From positions 1,548,040-1,612,039 of the forward strand of contig CAVRAG010000008.1 in assembly GCA_963718895.1 (NCBI GenBank): DNA of 64,000 nucleotides. Reading direction: 5' to 3'. The notes below the pieces were generated by a model. It made no database searches. It saw nothing but the letters and a program-made list of their open reading frames with translations, and had not been told where the DNA came from. Below, piece by piece: positions 19,180-34,360 of this stretch. Every line of letters begins with the position of its first letter. Position 1 is the first letter of the stretch. A program made the translations under genes and the position numbers. This DNA comes from an uncultured Nitrososphaerota archaeon (GTDB lineage Archaea; Thermoproteota; Nitrososphaeria; Nitrososphaerales; Gagatemarchaeaceae).

Positions 19180-19775
19180 TTGCTAAATCCCAAAATTCTA
19201 CCGTATGTCAGCCGTGGTTTCGCGCTTTCGTAGGTTAGAATCTCCTGAATGAGTTTCAGTTCGTGACATAATATAGAACGCAGGGCCATTATAGACCCGA
19301 GGGCTGTATAATCGTGCAAGTTATGAATGCTTCCTTGGCAGTGACCAGAACTTCGACTTAAGTAAGAAAGACCATGTCTATGCATAGGTTCATTGCGCCT
19401 ATGCTGGCGGCATTTCCCATCAGGAGGCAATCTTCTGACAAATGATTCCAAAGCCATTAGACAGACGCGATATTTCACTTGATGGCCACGGTTCTCTCTT
19501 TCGTGCCGTTGAGCGGGTTCCACTGACTCGAATGATGCTTGGCACGTATAGCAAATGTAATGGGCCATGTAACCTGCTCTCTTTACCAACCTACTAGGAG
19601 GTAGCGAATTCGACTCGTAGAGGCCGCTTGGGCTGTTCATGATCTCCTTCGAAACACAGGTGTGTCGCTCCGGCAGCCTATGTTCCCCGCAGAGTGCTTT
19701 CCCACAATACTTGCACTTGAAAGGGAATGCTTCCTCGGCTCCACATTGCTGACATGAAGTCATGTAATCAGCCAT
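19170..19775 (-). CDS. AN1-type zinc-finger protein; ORF reads through the downstream repeat
   Basis: CxxC...FKCKYCGKALCGEHRLPERHTC AN1 signature plus a C2H2-like CYTC...H motif. Confidence 0.75.
   Translation of the reverse strand: MADYMTSCQQCGAEEAFPFKCKYCGKALCGEHRLPERHTCVSKEIMNSPSGLYESNSLPPSRLVKRAGYMAHYICYTCQASFESVEPAQRHERENRGHQVKYRVCLMALESFVRRLPPDGKCRQHRRNEPMHRHGLSYLSRSSGHCQGSIHNLHDYTALGSIMALRSILCHELKLIQEILTYESAKPRLTYGRILGFSKCQ
19362..19421. repeat. Diverged copy of the 23S 3' BHB arm and trailer
   Basis: gtaagaaag..catg...ggttcattgcgcct..gc.gg.ggcatttc aligns with 19910-19966. Confidence 0.8.
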
Positions 19776-19922
19776 AGCATATGACGGCGGCTAGTACATA
19801 TCGATGTCCTGACAGCTCTTTCCCCTCCACATGAGTCGCACAATCGAGTTACCGTAAGCGCTCATTGGAAGGTTCAGAAGCTCTAGCCCTTTGTCATTCT
19901 CGAGATACCGTAAGAAAAGGCA

Positions 19923-19970
19923 TGCCATGTGTAGGGTTCATTGCGCCTCCGCCGGGGCATTTCATCCACA
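19923..19970 (-). promoter_or_regulatory. 3' arm of the 23S pre-rRNA BHB processing stem
   Basis: RNA-sense ccccggcggag-GCGC-AAU-gaacccua pairs with the 5' arm uaggguuc-GCGC-AAG-cauccgccgggg (~23971-23998): 4-bp helix with two 3-nt bulges. Confidence 0.9.
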
Positions 19971-20289
19971 CGTTGGGCTATAGGTAGTCGACGGGCTGAA
20001 CACGTCGCCCGAGGGCTTCGTGCGTACACCCCCACTCCTTCAACGCGAGTCTTCTATCGCCGCCCTTCTCAGCGTGCCTCTTCGGCCTTGCGGCCGGAAA
20101 GGTGTAGCTGATAGAAGACTCTTCTTGGGAGTGGCTTCCTGCTTAGATGCTTTCAGCAGTTATCCACAATAGCTTAGCTGCCCAGCTATGCCCTTTCGGA
20201 CAACTGGTACGCCAGAGGCTACGCGCCGCTGTTCCTCTCGTACTGGGCAGCGCTTCCTCGCAGTTTCTTCCGCTTCCATCAGGTAGAGG

Positions 20290-20343
<54 letters not shown>

Positions 20344-20397
20344 GCAGCCCCACCCTTGGCCCCTGCTGCAGGACCAGGATGGGAAGAGCCGACATCG

Positions 20398-21014
20398 CAA
20401 TCTTATCCGAAATTTCTTTCAGGATTAGACTATGTCTTCACCCCCCGCACTTCCGTTCGATAGGGGGGTTGGCGTATGATGGCTCGGAGCCTTTCGGAGG
20501 CCTCCCGAGTTGTATTGTCGCGACACGTCGGACGTGCCGCGTCGGGAGACAGCCCCAAGCCATCTCATTGCGCCGCAATATTCTGCGCGCTCAGTCGTTA
20601 CGGGGTCATATGGGAAGATCGTTTCTACCTGTGATGGACAAACCACAACCGCATCGTCACCGGCCCGCCCTATGGCAGGACGGCACCTAGCCGCAGGCTG
20701 CGCCCGCTTTGCAAGCATCCGCCCGAAGATAGCATACACCACTTCCGGAGCGGATACCGCTGCCGGAAGATGATTAATCACTCTGTCTGTCCTTCCATCT
20801 GATAGAAGTGCCCTTTGGAGCGAACTCTTGGCTGTTTTTTCCTTCTGCAGTTGCCCGCTAAGGCAACCAATGCTCGCTTACTTTACCCGTAGACTTCCCA
20901 CGGCGTTGTCCTCTCCCGTTTCCTCAGTGTTCTCACAGGAGGAGGAGTTCGCCGTTATAAGCCAATACTACAAATCGCATTACTGCGATTCTGCCCCGAG
21001 CGCCGATAGCGCCA
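20398..21014 (-). ncRNA. Group I intron at 23S position L2500 (E. coli numbering), 617 nt, no intact ORF
   Basis: Interrupts GGUACCU|CGAUGUCGGC; 5' exon ends in U and intron ends in G; P AUAACGGCGAA, Q ACAACGCCGUGG, R CGUAACGACUG, S GAAGACAUAGUCU. Confidence 0.93.
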
Positions 21015-21587
21015 AGGTACCAAACCGCGGGGTCGATTGGAGCTCTCGCCCGCGACGAGCCTGTTACCCCTGGGGTAACTTTTCTGTCACATCCAGCCCC
21101 CAACAGTGGGGACTTGAATGATCGCTAGGCCACACTTTCGTGGCAGAAAACTCTGCGTTTAAGTTTCCTGTCAGGCTGGCTTTTGGCCTTGCCCTCAACA
21201 CTGGAGTTCTGACCCAGTCTGAGCCAACCTTTGGGCCCCCTCGATATCTTTTCAAGGGGGTGCCGCCCCAGCCGAACTGCCCACCTGCCGGTGTCCTCCC
21301 GTAGGAGTTAGCGATACAGTCTCAAGGGAGGGGTGTTACATTGTTGCCTCCATCGTCACCCGAAGGCGACGACTTCGACGGCTCCCCGTTACACTCTGCA
21401 ATCGCAACCGAATCGCAGCAACAAGCTGCAGTAAAGCTCCACAGGGACTTCTCTCCCCGATGGAAGTTGCTGGACTGTTCGTCCAGCTTACGTAGGTTCG
21501 CCGGGTCGTAGATAGGGACAGCGGGGCCCTCGTTGGTCCATTCATGCACGTCGGAACTCACCCGACAAGGCATTTGGCTACCTTAAG

Positions 21588-21890
21588 CAATCTGTTGCTT
21601 CCTTGGACCTCGACCACGGGATCGAGGCGGGCTCTCCTTCCTTCACCTGAGCCTCACTGCATCGCTGCAGTGTTCGGACTGTAACATGGTCGCAGCGAAT
21701 GCGGCTTCTGGCGTTCAGTCTCTGAGGATTCCGGACGAAGCCCTGCGGCTCGCCCGGCCTTTCCTGCTGATTGTCTGCAGCCATGGCGTTGTCAGTCCCC
21801 AGTTGGGGACTAGCCTGGCATACTCAGATGTTCCAGCATACGGCCAGATTTAGCGACTCCCTTATTTTTTCCTCGAACTGTTTTTACCTG
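21588..21890 (-). ncRNA. Group I intron at 23S position L1923, 303 nt, ORF-less
   Basis: Interrupts CUGACUCU|CUUAAGGUAGCC; U/omega-G rule met; P UAUGCUGGAA, Q AAUCAGCAGG, R CUCAGAGACUG, S AUGUUACAGUCC. Confidence 0.93.
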
Positions 21891-23955
21891 AGAGTCAGAG
21901 TTACTCCCGGCGTTAACAGGCCCTTAGCCCAGTTGAACCCAGGTTTTAGGTACCTGCACTGGCCAGGATTCATAAACTGTACACATCCTTTCGGACTTGC
22001 AGTTTACTGTGTTTTTATTAAACAGTCGGGACCCCCTCGTTATTGCAACCTGCGATCCCAATTTCTACATTAAGAAAGCAGGCACCACTTTTCGCTAACT
22101 TACGTGGCTAATTTGCCGAGTTCCCTTACCTACAGTTCCCCGACACGCCTTAGGCTTCTCACCTAGGATCACCAGTGTCGGTTCTAGGTACGATCTCAAT
22201 ATCCCTCTCCTCCTCTGTTTTCACTGTCTCCAGGAATCAGCTAAACGACCCCAACGGGCCGCTATTCTCCTCTCGGAAGAGTTCTCGTCATTACGACACT
22301 CCCTCCCCCTTCGATGATTAAACAGAGCGAAAAACTCTGTAAGGCTGGTCTCGAAGCATCAGAGGCGATGTTTTCCTTGCGGGACATCGGAATACCAAAG
22401 GCTGCGGAATATTAACCGCATTCCCTCATTCGAACGAATACTGTTGAGTTTCGTTCTTAGGATCGGCTAACTCCTGGCTGATGACGCATTGCCAGGAAAA
22501 CCGTGTCCTTTCGGCGGTCAGGATTCTCACCCGACTACGCTGCTACTACTACCGGGATCTGCACTGGAAATCGGTCCACTGGACCTCACGACCCAGCTTC
22601 TATCCCAATCACCACGCCCATCTACCACATACGTCCCACAAGGACGCAGTCCAGAGTATCGGTACTTGGCTTTAGCCCCGTCCATTTTCGGGGCCCTCAA
22701 CCTCGGCAGGTGAGCTGTTACGCTTTCTTTGAAGGGTAGCTGCTTCTAAGCCTACCTCCCTGCTGTTTTAGGTCAAAGACTCCCTTTTGCTTGACACTTA
22801 GCCAAAATTTGGGGACCTTAACTCTAGTCTGGGTTAACCCCCTCTCGGTTATGAGGCTTACCCCACATAAACCCGCCTCCCCACGTCTACTGCGTTGACA
22901 CATTCGGAGTTCAAGAAGAAAGTGGACCCTTTCGAATCCTTGTCTTCTCGTTGGTGCTCTACAGCGTCAACAACATCGGTGGAGACAGGACTGGGATCCG
23001 CTTCGATGGGAACTAGCAATCACCAAGCTAGATAGGCTTTTGGCCCCTTGTCCAGAATCAGGGGACTAAATTGCACGTTAAGACCCTTGCAGTCCTCCAC
23101 CAGGCTTTCGCCCGGCTTCATCTTGTTCTGGACACGATCGTTTGGTTTCTAGTCTAAACCGCCATGACTCTAAGGCCCTTTCAGACCTCCTCCCACGCCC
23201 TTGCGGCGTTACGGAGAATCGGTTTCCCTTCGCCTCCGGGCTTTGAACCCTTAGGCTCGCCATGACAGTTAACTCCCCGGCCCGTGTTTCTAGACGGAAC
23301 GCAGCACACTGAGGCACTTAACCCCCCTTGACGTCCCTTGCGGTGCCATCGCGTTGGATTCATACCTCTTTCATGCCCTGAACGTCTGTAGCTGGATGGT
23401 TTCAGGCTCTTTGCACACCCCTTTCGGGGTACTTTTCAGCTTTCCCTCGCGGTACTGTTTCTCTATCGGTCTTGGGTAGTGTTTAGTCTTGGAGGCTGCT
23501 TTCCCCCGTCTTCGCTAGCCACTGCCAAAGCCAGCTACTCTGCCTTTCAGCACAACCTCGTCTTCCAACTAGCCTACAGGACTATCACCTTCTGTTGTGT
23601 GCCATTTCCAGGCAAGTTCAGCTCACTGATCGCAGGGTTGCATATGCTGAGGCGAACCCCACATCTCCCTGCCCTTTCGGGCAGGGATTCGGTTTGGACT
23701 CTCCCGCGTTTCGCTCGCCGCTACTAACGGGATCTCAATTGATTTCTCTTCCTCCTGGTACTCAGATGTTTCCTTCCCCAGGGTTTGCGTTCCTTACGGA
23801 ACACAGGAGATGCCTTGCGGCAGTCTCCTTAGATTAGACTCCATTCGGGAATCTCCGGATCGAAGGATGCTTGCGCCTCCCCGGAGCTTATCGCAGCTTA
23901 CCACGCCCTTCTTCGCCATCCCAAGCCAAGCCATCCACCATACAGCGTCAGTTGT

Positions 23956-24163
23956 GTCGGATGATTAACATCCCCGGCGGATGCTTGCGCGAACCCTATG
24001 CATGGCATCATCACAGGGGCGCCCGCGAAGGCCCTTCCGTACCCTGCTAGCCCTTCCTATGCCACTCGCATGGCACAGTGCATCTTCATTACGTCTGATA
24101 CTGGCTTTGCCTTTCACTCCATTGCAGTGCGAGCAAATCCTTACTCCCAATCGGTATATACTA
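23956..24163 (-). promoter_or_regulatory. 16S-23S spacer holding the 16S 3' BHB arm and the 23S 5' BHB arm; no tRNA
   Basis: cgca-CUGC-AAU-ggagugaaaggcaaagcc pairs with the leader ggcuuugcuuuaacucc-GCAG-UAA-ugcg (~25680-25708). Confidence 0.85.
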
Positions 24164-25663
<1,500 letters not shown>

Positions 25664-25851
25664 CGATTATCGGGAGTTGGATACGCATTACTGCGGAGTT
25701 AAAGCAAAGCCAATGTCAGATCAAACTCTCGTTTGATCTCCACTTTTTGTGCGCGCATCTGGAGGCCGTGCATATCACCGACCGGGCTCTGCCCAAAACT
25801 CAACGCAGGCGCCGCCAAGCTATGCGCAAACCCACCGGAGGATTCAGGTCT

Positions 25852-25870
25852 GGATATAAACGTTCCCGAA
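25852..25870 (-). promoter_or_regulatory. Putative rRNA operon BRE/TATA box
   Basis: Minus strand GGGAACGTTTATATCC about 190 nt upstream of the 16S. Confidence 0.55.
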
Positions 25871-25930
25871 AAAACGGGCCGAAATCAGCCCCGATTTTCA
25901 GAGATGCAAACCTTGGGGCAGGCGGGTTTT

Positions 25931-26500
25931 CTAGCTCTTTCGCCTTCTGTGCGACCACACGCCAGCCGCGGCGACCACGATGCCGGCGATGATCACGACT
26001 GCGCCGAGGAGGAGCATCCCCGCTGCGAACGGGAGGGCGGAGAGGCCCGCAACCACAAGTCCCAGGTAGGCCAGCCGCTCGCCGCGCTCGAGGGAGACCA
26101 CGTCGTACTCGAGCTCTTTCCTGTAGCGGGTCAGGAGTATGCCGAGCACCCCCGCCGAGACGACTATCACGAAGAAGTAGAGGGTGAGTACCGAGTCATA
26201 GTTCCCGAAGGTGAGCAGCAGGCCGACCTCGTCCCCCACGAGCCCCCCTCCCAGCCCGAAGACCACCGCGTACAGCCTCCTGAACCGGGGGTCGTTGTGG
26301 ACTATCCCGAGCCCGCCTGCGACGACTATCATGATGAGCCCGTACCAGAAGTGGTGGAAGTGGATCCCTCCCGTAACGACCACCGTCGTCGGGTTCAGGG
26401 TGGCGAAGACCCGCGCGATGAGGAAGCTGGCGATGAACGAGAGGAACATGAGGAACAGCAGCCCGTGGGTCGTGCTCCGGCGGACGAGCTCTCCAGTCAT
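25931..26500 (-). CDS. Conserved membrane protein
   Basis: About six TM segments; GGIHFHHFWYG and GLVGDEV motifs. Confidence 0.75.
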   Translation of the reverse strand: MTGELVRRSTTHGLLFLMFLSFIASFLIARVFATLNPTTVVVTGGIHFHHFWYGLIMIVVAGGLGIVHNDPRFRRLYAVVFGLGGGLVGDEVGLLLTFGNYDSVLTLYFFVIVVSAGVLGILLTRYRKELEYDVVSLERGERLAYLGLVVAGLSALPFAAGMLLLGAVVIIAGIVVAAAGVWSHRRRKS

Positions 26501-26569
26501 GTGGTGTCCGATTAGGTATCCGGTTGGGTATCTAAGGTTGAGCCCGCTGTGAGCCAGCGCCCGGCGGAC

Positions 26570-27145
26570 CTAGAACCCGTAGGCCTTCCTGTTCAGCCAC
26601 GGGATGAGCGCCATGCTGACGCACTGCTCGGTCATCTGGAGCCGGGAGACCCTCCCCTTCGAGACGTGGTAGACTATGCCCTCCTCCTCTGTTATCCTCT
26701 CGGCGCCGGTAAGCTCGTGAGAGTACCTGTCGAGCTCCATGCCCTCCTTCCGCATCTTCTCGATGAACCGGTCGGGGATCAGGAACCCGCACGAGAAGCC
26801 GGTCCCCGAGCGGCCATCCTTGTCGACGATGACGGCGACCTGCAGGTTGATGTGCTCGCGCGGGGTGATTGAGAGTATCCCGGCCTCGACCCCCACGCCG
26901 AAGTCGCCCGACGACTTGGAAAGAGCGAACTTCGCCCTCTTCGAGGCTCCCGAGAGGACCTGCTCCATCCCGACCGGCTGGGCCCTGACGACGGACGAGG
27001 TGTCGACCTCCACGAAGGTGCAACCGGGGAAGAACTCCGGAAAGACGCTCCTCACGCCCTTGGTCTTGGCAGGGTTCCTGGAGCCTATGGCGACGAGCAG
27101 CCGCGGAGGGAGGTCCCCGTCTTCGGGCATGCGCTGGACGCTCAA
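26570..27145 (-). CDS. yjjX: Inosine/xanthosine triphosphatase (YjjX/DUF84)
   Basis: GSRNPAK, QP, GVGVEAG and SR motifs. Confidence 0.85.
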   Translation of the reverse strand: MSVQRMPEDGDLPPRLLVAIGSRNPAKTKGVRSVFPEFFPGCTFVEVDTSSVVRAQPVGMEQVLSGASKRAKFALSKSSGDFGVGVEAGILSITPREHINLQVAVIVDKDGRSGTGFSCGFLIPDRFIEKMRKEGMELDRYSHELTGAERITEEEGIVYHVSKGRVSRLQMTEQCVSMALIPWLNRKAYGF

Positions 27146-27197
27146 ACCGGCGTTTTATAGCTCTGAGACCGCCGTTAGAAGGCTGCGGCCGGTCCGG

Positions 27198-30113
<2,916 letters not shown>

Positions 30114-30191
30114 AAACGGTCGTAATTTCGGCATGTGTGTTAACATGTAATAAGAATACTGTTCATATAGTCCTTACATACCTTACGGATT

Positions 30192-31223
30192 ATGAACGAA
30201 GTGAGGAAGGTCCAGAGGGCGGGAGAGAAGACCCTCCTGGTATCCATACCGTCGGAGTACGCCAAGCATCTGAAGATCCACGAGGGAGACAACATCACGG
30301 TCAAGGAGGAGGAGGATGGCACATTGAGGCTCATCCCAACAGTCAGGAAGCCGAAGACGGTGAAGGCCTCGATAAGGGTCGATGTCATAGACAGCGAGGA
30401 GCTTCTCCCGAGGGTCGTGGTGGGCTGCTATATGCTGGGGTACGACGCGATAGAGCTAATCTCGAAGAATGGGATGAGCCCAGCCTATCTCGCGGAAGCC
30501 AACAAGACCCTGAGGAGCCTGCGCGGGGTGGAGATAGTCGAGTCCTCGAAGAGCAGGCTCCTTGCCCAGAGCTTCATGGACCCCGCGAAGTTCCCGGTCG
30601 ACTCACTGATCAAGAGACTCCAGTTGCTGGTGTCCAGGAGCCTCGAGCAATCCATCGAAGCGCTGAGGAGCGGGAGTCCCTCGGTGCTCAATGAGATCAG
30701 GAAGATACAGGGAGAGATAGACGAGCTCTACTGGCTGATAGTGAGGCAGCTCCTGGTCGCCCTCAGCGACAGGGAGATTTCGGCCAAGATAGGCCTCGAG
30801 AGTCCGCTGCACACTTCAGGAGACAGGGTGTCTGCCAAGACCATCGAGGAGATAGGTAGGATAATCCTTGAGCTGACGGAAGAGACGGTCAATTCGAGGG
30901 AAGCCGGGATAATGATCGAGGAGAGGACCATGAAGAGAATAGAGGACCTGGCCAGGAGCGCGAACGATTCCTTCGACGTGACCATAGAGAGCCTGCTCGC
31001 TCCAGAGATAGGCATCATAGACAAGGCTCTGGAGAGGATAGAGGCGACCCTGAGTCTTGAAAGGGAGGTCACCCTGGAACTCTCGGAGTCGGAGCAGCCG
31101 CACATGAGGACCATCATCTCCCACTTCGGGCAGCTGGCGCGGTACTGCAACATCATCATCGAGATCGCGCTCAACAGGCTCCTGCGAAAGACGAGCAAGG
31201 TCTGCGCGATTCAGGAGCAGTGA
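30192..31223 (+). CDS. AbrB-PhoU phosphate uptake regulator family protein
   Basis: N-terminal RKVQ..G..TLLVSIP AbrB motif followed by PhoU-like helical repeats. Confidence 0.85.
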   Translation: MNEVRKVQRAGEKTLLVSIPSEYAKHLKIHEGDNITVKEEEDGTLRLIPTVRKPKTVKASIRVDVIDSEELLPRVVVGCYMLGYDAIELISKNGMSPAYLAEANKTLRSLRGVEIVESSKSRLLAQSFMDPAKFPVDSLIKRLQLLVSRSLEQSIEALRSGSPSVLNEIRKIQGEIDELYWLIVRQLLVALSDREISAKIGLESPLHTSGDRVSAKTIEEIGRIILELTEETVNSREAGIMIEERTMKRIEDLARSANDSFDVTIESLLAPEIGIIDKALERIEATLSLEREVTLELSESEQPHMRTIISHFGQLARYCNIIIEIALNRLLRKTSKVCAIQEQ

Positions 31224-31283
31224 GGAGATGAGGCGGGCGTCAGAAACACTTTTGAAAGCTGTGCGATTGGTCGGGGTAAGAGC

Positions 31284-31406
31284 GCCGGGGTAACGAAGCC
31301 TGGCCAACCGTGCGGGACACGGACCAGCCCGACTCAAGATCTGGCCACGCCGCCATGGGACATCCCGTCCCTTAGGGGTTCGTGGGTTCAAATCCCACCC
31401 CCGGCA
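31284..31406 (+). tRNA. tRNA-Leu(CAA) with two introns (15 nt in the 5' anticodon stem, 23 nt at 37/38)
   Basis: GCCGGGG/CCCCGGC acceptor stem; removing both inserts gives an 85-nt tRNA with CGGGA-CTCAAGA-TCCCG arm, long variable arm and GTTCAAATC. Confidence 0.9.
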
Positions 31407-31448
31407 CTCTTACTCTGGCTAGGCTCAGGTTCGCCTAGTACGTTTGAA

Positions 31449-31727
31449 CTAGTCTTCCTTGTGTTCTTCGATGTGCTTCTCGGACCATTCGTGGCCGCAG
31501 TGCTTGCACTTGTACATGTACTGAAACTCTTCGATATCGACCGTTATGGGTATGCCTTCTTCGACTATCAGCGTCATAGGGTTGTTCGGGGTTCGCGCGT
31601 ACATACCCCGGCCGCTAATCTCCTCCTGCTCCCTCTCCATCTGGACGAGCCGCTTGTTCTCAAGCGTGATATGGAACCTGCGACCGCACGACGGGCAGTG
31701 TCGAAAGAAGGTCTTGACCTCAGACAT
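31449..31727 (-). CDS. Small zinc-ribbon protein
   Basis: CPSC and CKHC pairs. Confidence 0.75.
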   Translation of the reverse strand: MSEVKTFFRHCPSCGRRFHITLENKRLVQMEREQEEISGRGMYARTPNNPMTLIVEEGIPITVDIEEFQYMYKCKHCGHEWSEKHIEEHKED

Positions 31728-31839
31728 TGTTGATCATGCTCCCGGATGTGTGATTTAAGTTGTTCACCCTGCGCACGCGGGAATTGGCTCTCGCCCCGAC
31801 TGGAAGCTATATCACGGGCGATTCTTCTCGAGTGGTGCT

Positions 31840-32778
31840 TTGAGCCCCGGTCGCACGAGCGCAGACAGAGCGGCAGCTTCGAGAAAGCGAAGGGGAACGA
31901 AGACCAGTGCCTTCGGCTCGCCGGGAAGGATCAGCCATGAGTCGGCGGCCTTCTACGGGGGCAGGCTCTACGAGGGCCTCCAAAGAGAGGAAATTGTGGA
32001 ATACAGGGAGAGGCCGATCAGCGAGAAGTTCCTGGACAAAATCATCTGCAGGTCGAGTGAGAGGATGGAGGAGATCCCGGAGAGCAGCGTCCACCTGGTG
32101 GTCACCTCGCCTCCGTACAACGTCGGGAAGGAATATGACAGGAATCTGACTCTCAAGGAATACCTCGGCTTCCTGGAGAGGGTCTGGCTGGAGGTCAAGA
32201 GGGTGCTCGTACCGGGAGGGAGGTGCTGCATCAACGTGGCCAACCTCGGACGGAGGCCGTACATCCCGCTCCACTCGTTCATAATCGAAGACATGACGAC
32301 GCTGGGCTTCTTGATGAGGGGAGAGGTGATATGGGCCAAGGACTCGAGCAGCAGCCCTTCGACGGCGTGGGGAAGCTGGCTCTCCGCGACCAATCCCACG
32401 CTGCGTGACACCCACGAGTACATCCTCGTCTTCTCCAAGTCTCGCTTCGCGAGGGAGGGTCAAGGCAAGAAGAGCACCATCACCAGGGACGAGTTCCTCG
32501 AGTTCACCAAGAGCGTTTGGAGGTTCGACGCGGAGCGCGCCCGCAAGGTAGGGCATCCTGCTCCCTTCCCGGTAGAGCTGCCGTACCGGTGCATACAGCT
32601 GTACACCTTTGAGGGGGATGTGGTGCTCGACCCATTCATGGGATCAGGTCAGACGGCCATAGCAGCCCTGAAGACCGGCCGGCACTACGTCGGATATGAG
32701 GTGGACCGGGACTACGCCCGCCTCAGCGAGCAGAGAATCAGCGATTTCGCTGGGCGTGCGGCAGATGGGACGGCCTAG
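31840..32778 (+). CDS. Amino-DNA methyltransferase (beta class, N4-C/N6-A)
   Basis: TSPPYN catalytic motif before HPAPFP and LDPFMGSG SAM-binding motif. Confidence 0.92.
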   Translation: MSPGRTSADRAAASRKRRGTKTSAFGSPGRISHESAAFYGGRLYEGLQREEIVEYRERPISEKFLDKIICRSSERMEEIPESSVHLVVTSPPYNVGKEYDRNLTLKEYLGFLERVWLEVKRVLVPGGRCCINVANLGRRPYIPLHSFIIEDMTTLGFLMRGEVIWAKDSSSSPSTAWGSWLSATNPTLRDTHEYILVFSKSRFAREGQGKKSTITRDEFLEFTKSVWRFDAERARKVGHPAPFPVELPYRCIQLYTFEGDVVLDPFMGSGQTAIAALKTGRHYVGYEVDRDYARLSEQRISDFAGRAADGTA

Positions 32779-33077
32779 TACTCGGATGCCACGACGGGCT
32801 TGGCGACGACCTCGGCAAGGAACTTCTCCAGGTCCTGCAGAGTTTCGAACTCCTTGGCGAGGAGCCGCTTGTCTGGAATGCTCTCCTTGCCGGCGCGCTT
32901 CATGCTGCAGAGGACGGATGTGAACCCCTTCGCAGACCTTGTGACGAAGACGTAGCACTTCCTTGCCTTGTACTTTCCGACGGCCCGGATGCCGGCGTCC
33001 AGGTCGATGGTGTCCAGCTCGTCCATCAGCTGGGAGAACGAACTGATCTTCTTCTCGTATAACAACGACCTCACCAT
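32775..33077 (-). CDS. Hypothetical protein
   Basis: 100 aa, typical codon usage, stop overlaps the methyltransferase stop. Confidence 0.65.
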   Translation of the reverse strand: MVRSLLYEKKISSFSQLMDELDTIDLDAGIRAVGKYKARKCYVFVTRSAKGFTSVLCSMKRAGKESIPDKRLLAKEFETLQDLEKFLAEVVAKPVVASEY

Positions 33078-33130
33078 AGATTGACTCACATTTATACTTC
33101 CAAAAACTAAGATACAGTAAGGAAGAACCC

Positions 33131-34343
<1,213 letters not shown>

Positions 34344-34360
<17 letters not shown>

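Noticed and set aside
19800-19920. 5S rRNA or tRNA downstream of the 23S
   Set aside because: No 5S or cloverleaf motifs; the first cassette follows directly.
10684-19990. CRISPR interpretation of the recurring repeat
   Set aside because: Intervals are 0.5-4.4 kb and contain whole genes, repeat lengths are ragged, the repeat is rRNA-derived, and no cas genes are seen.
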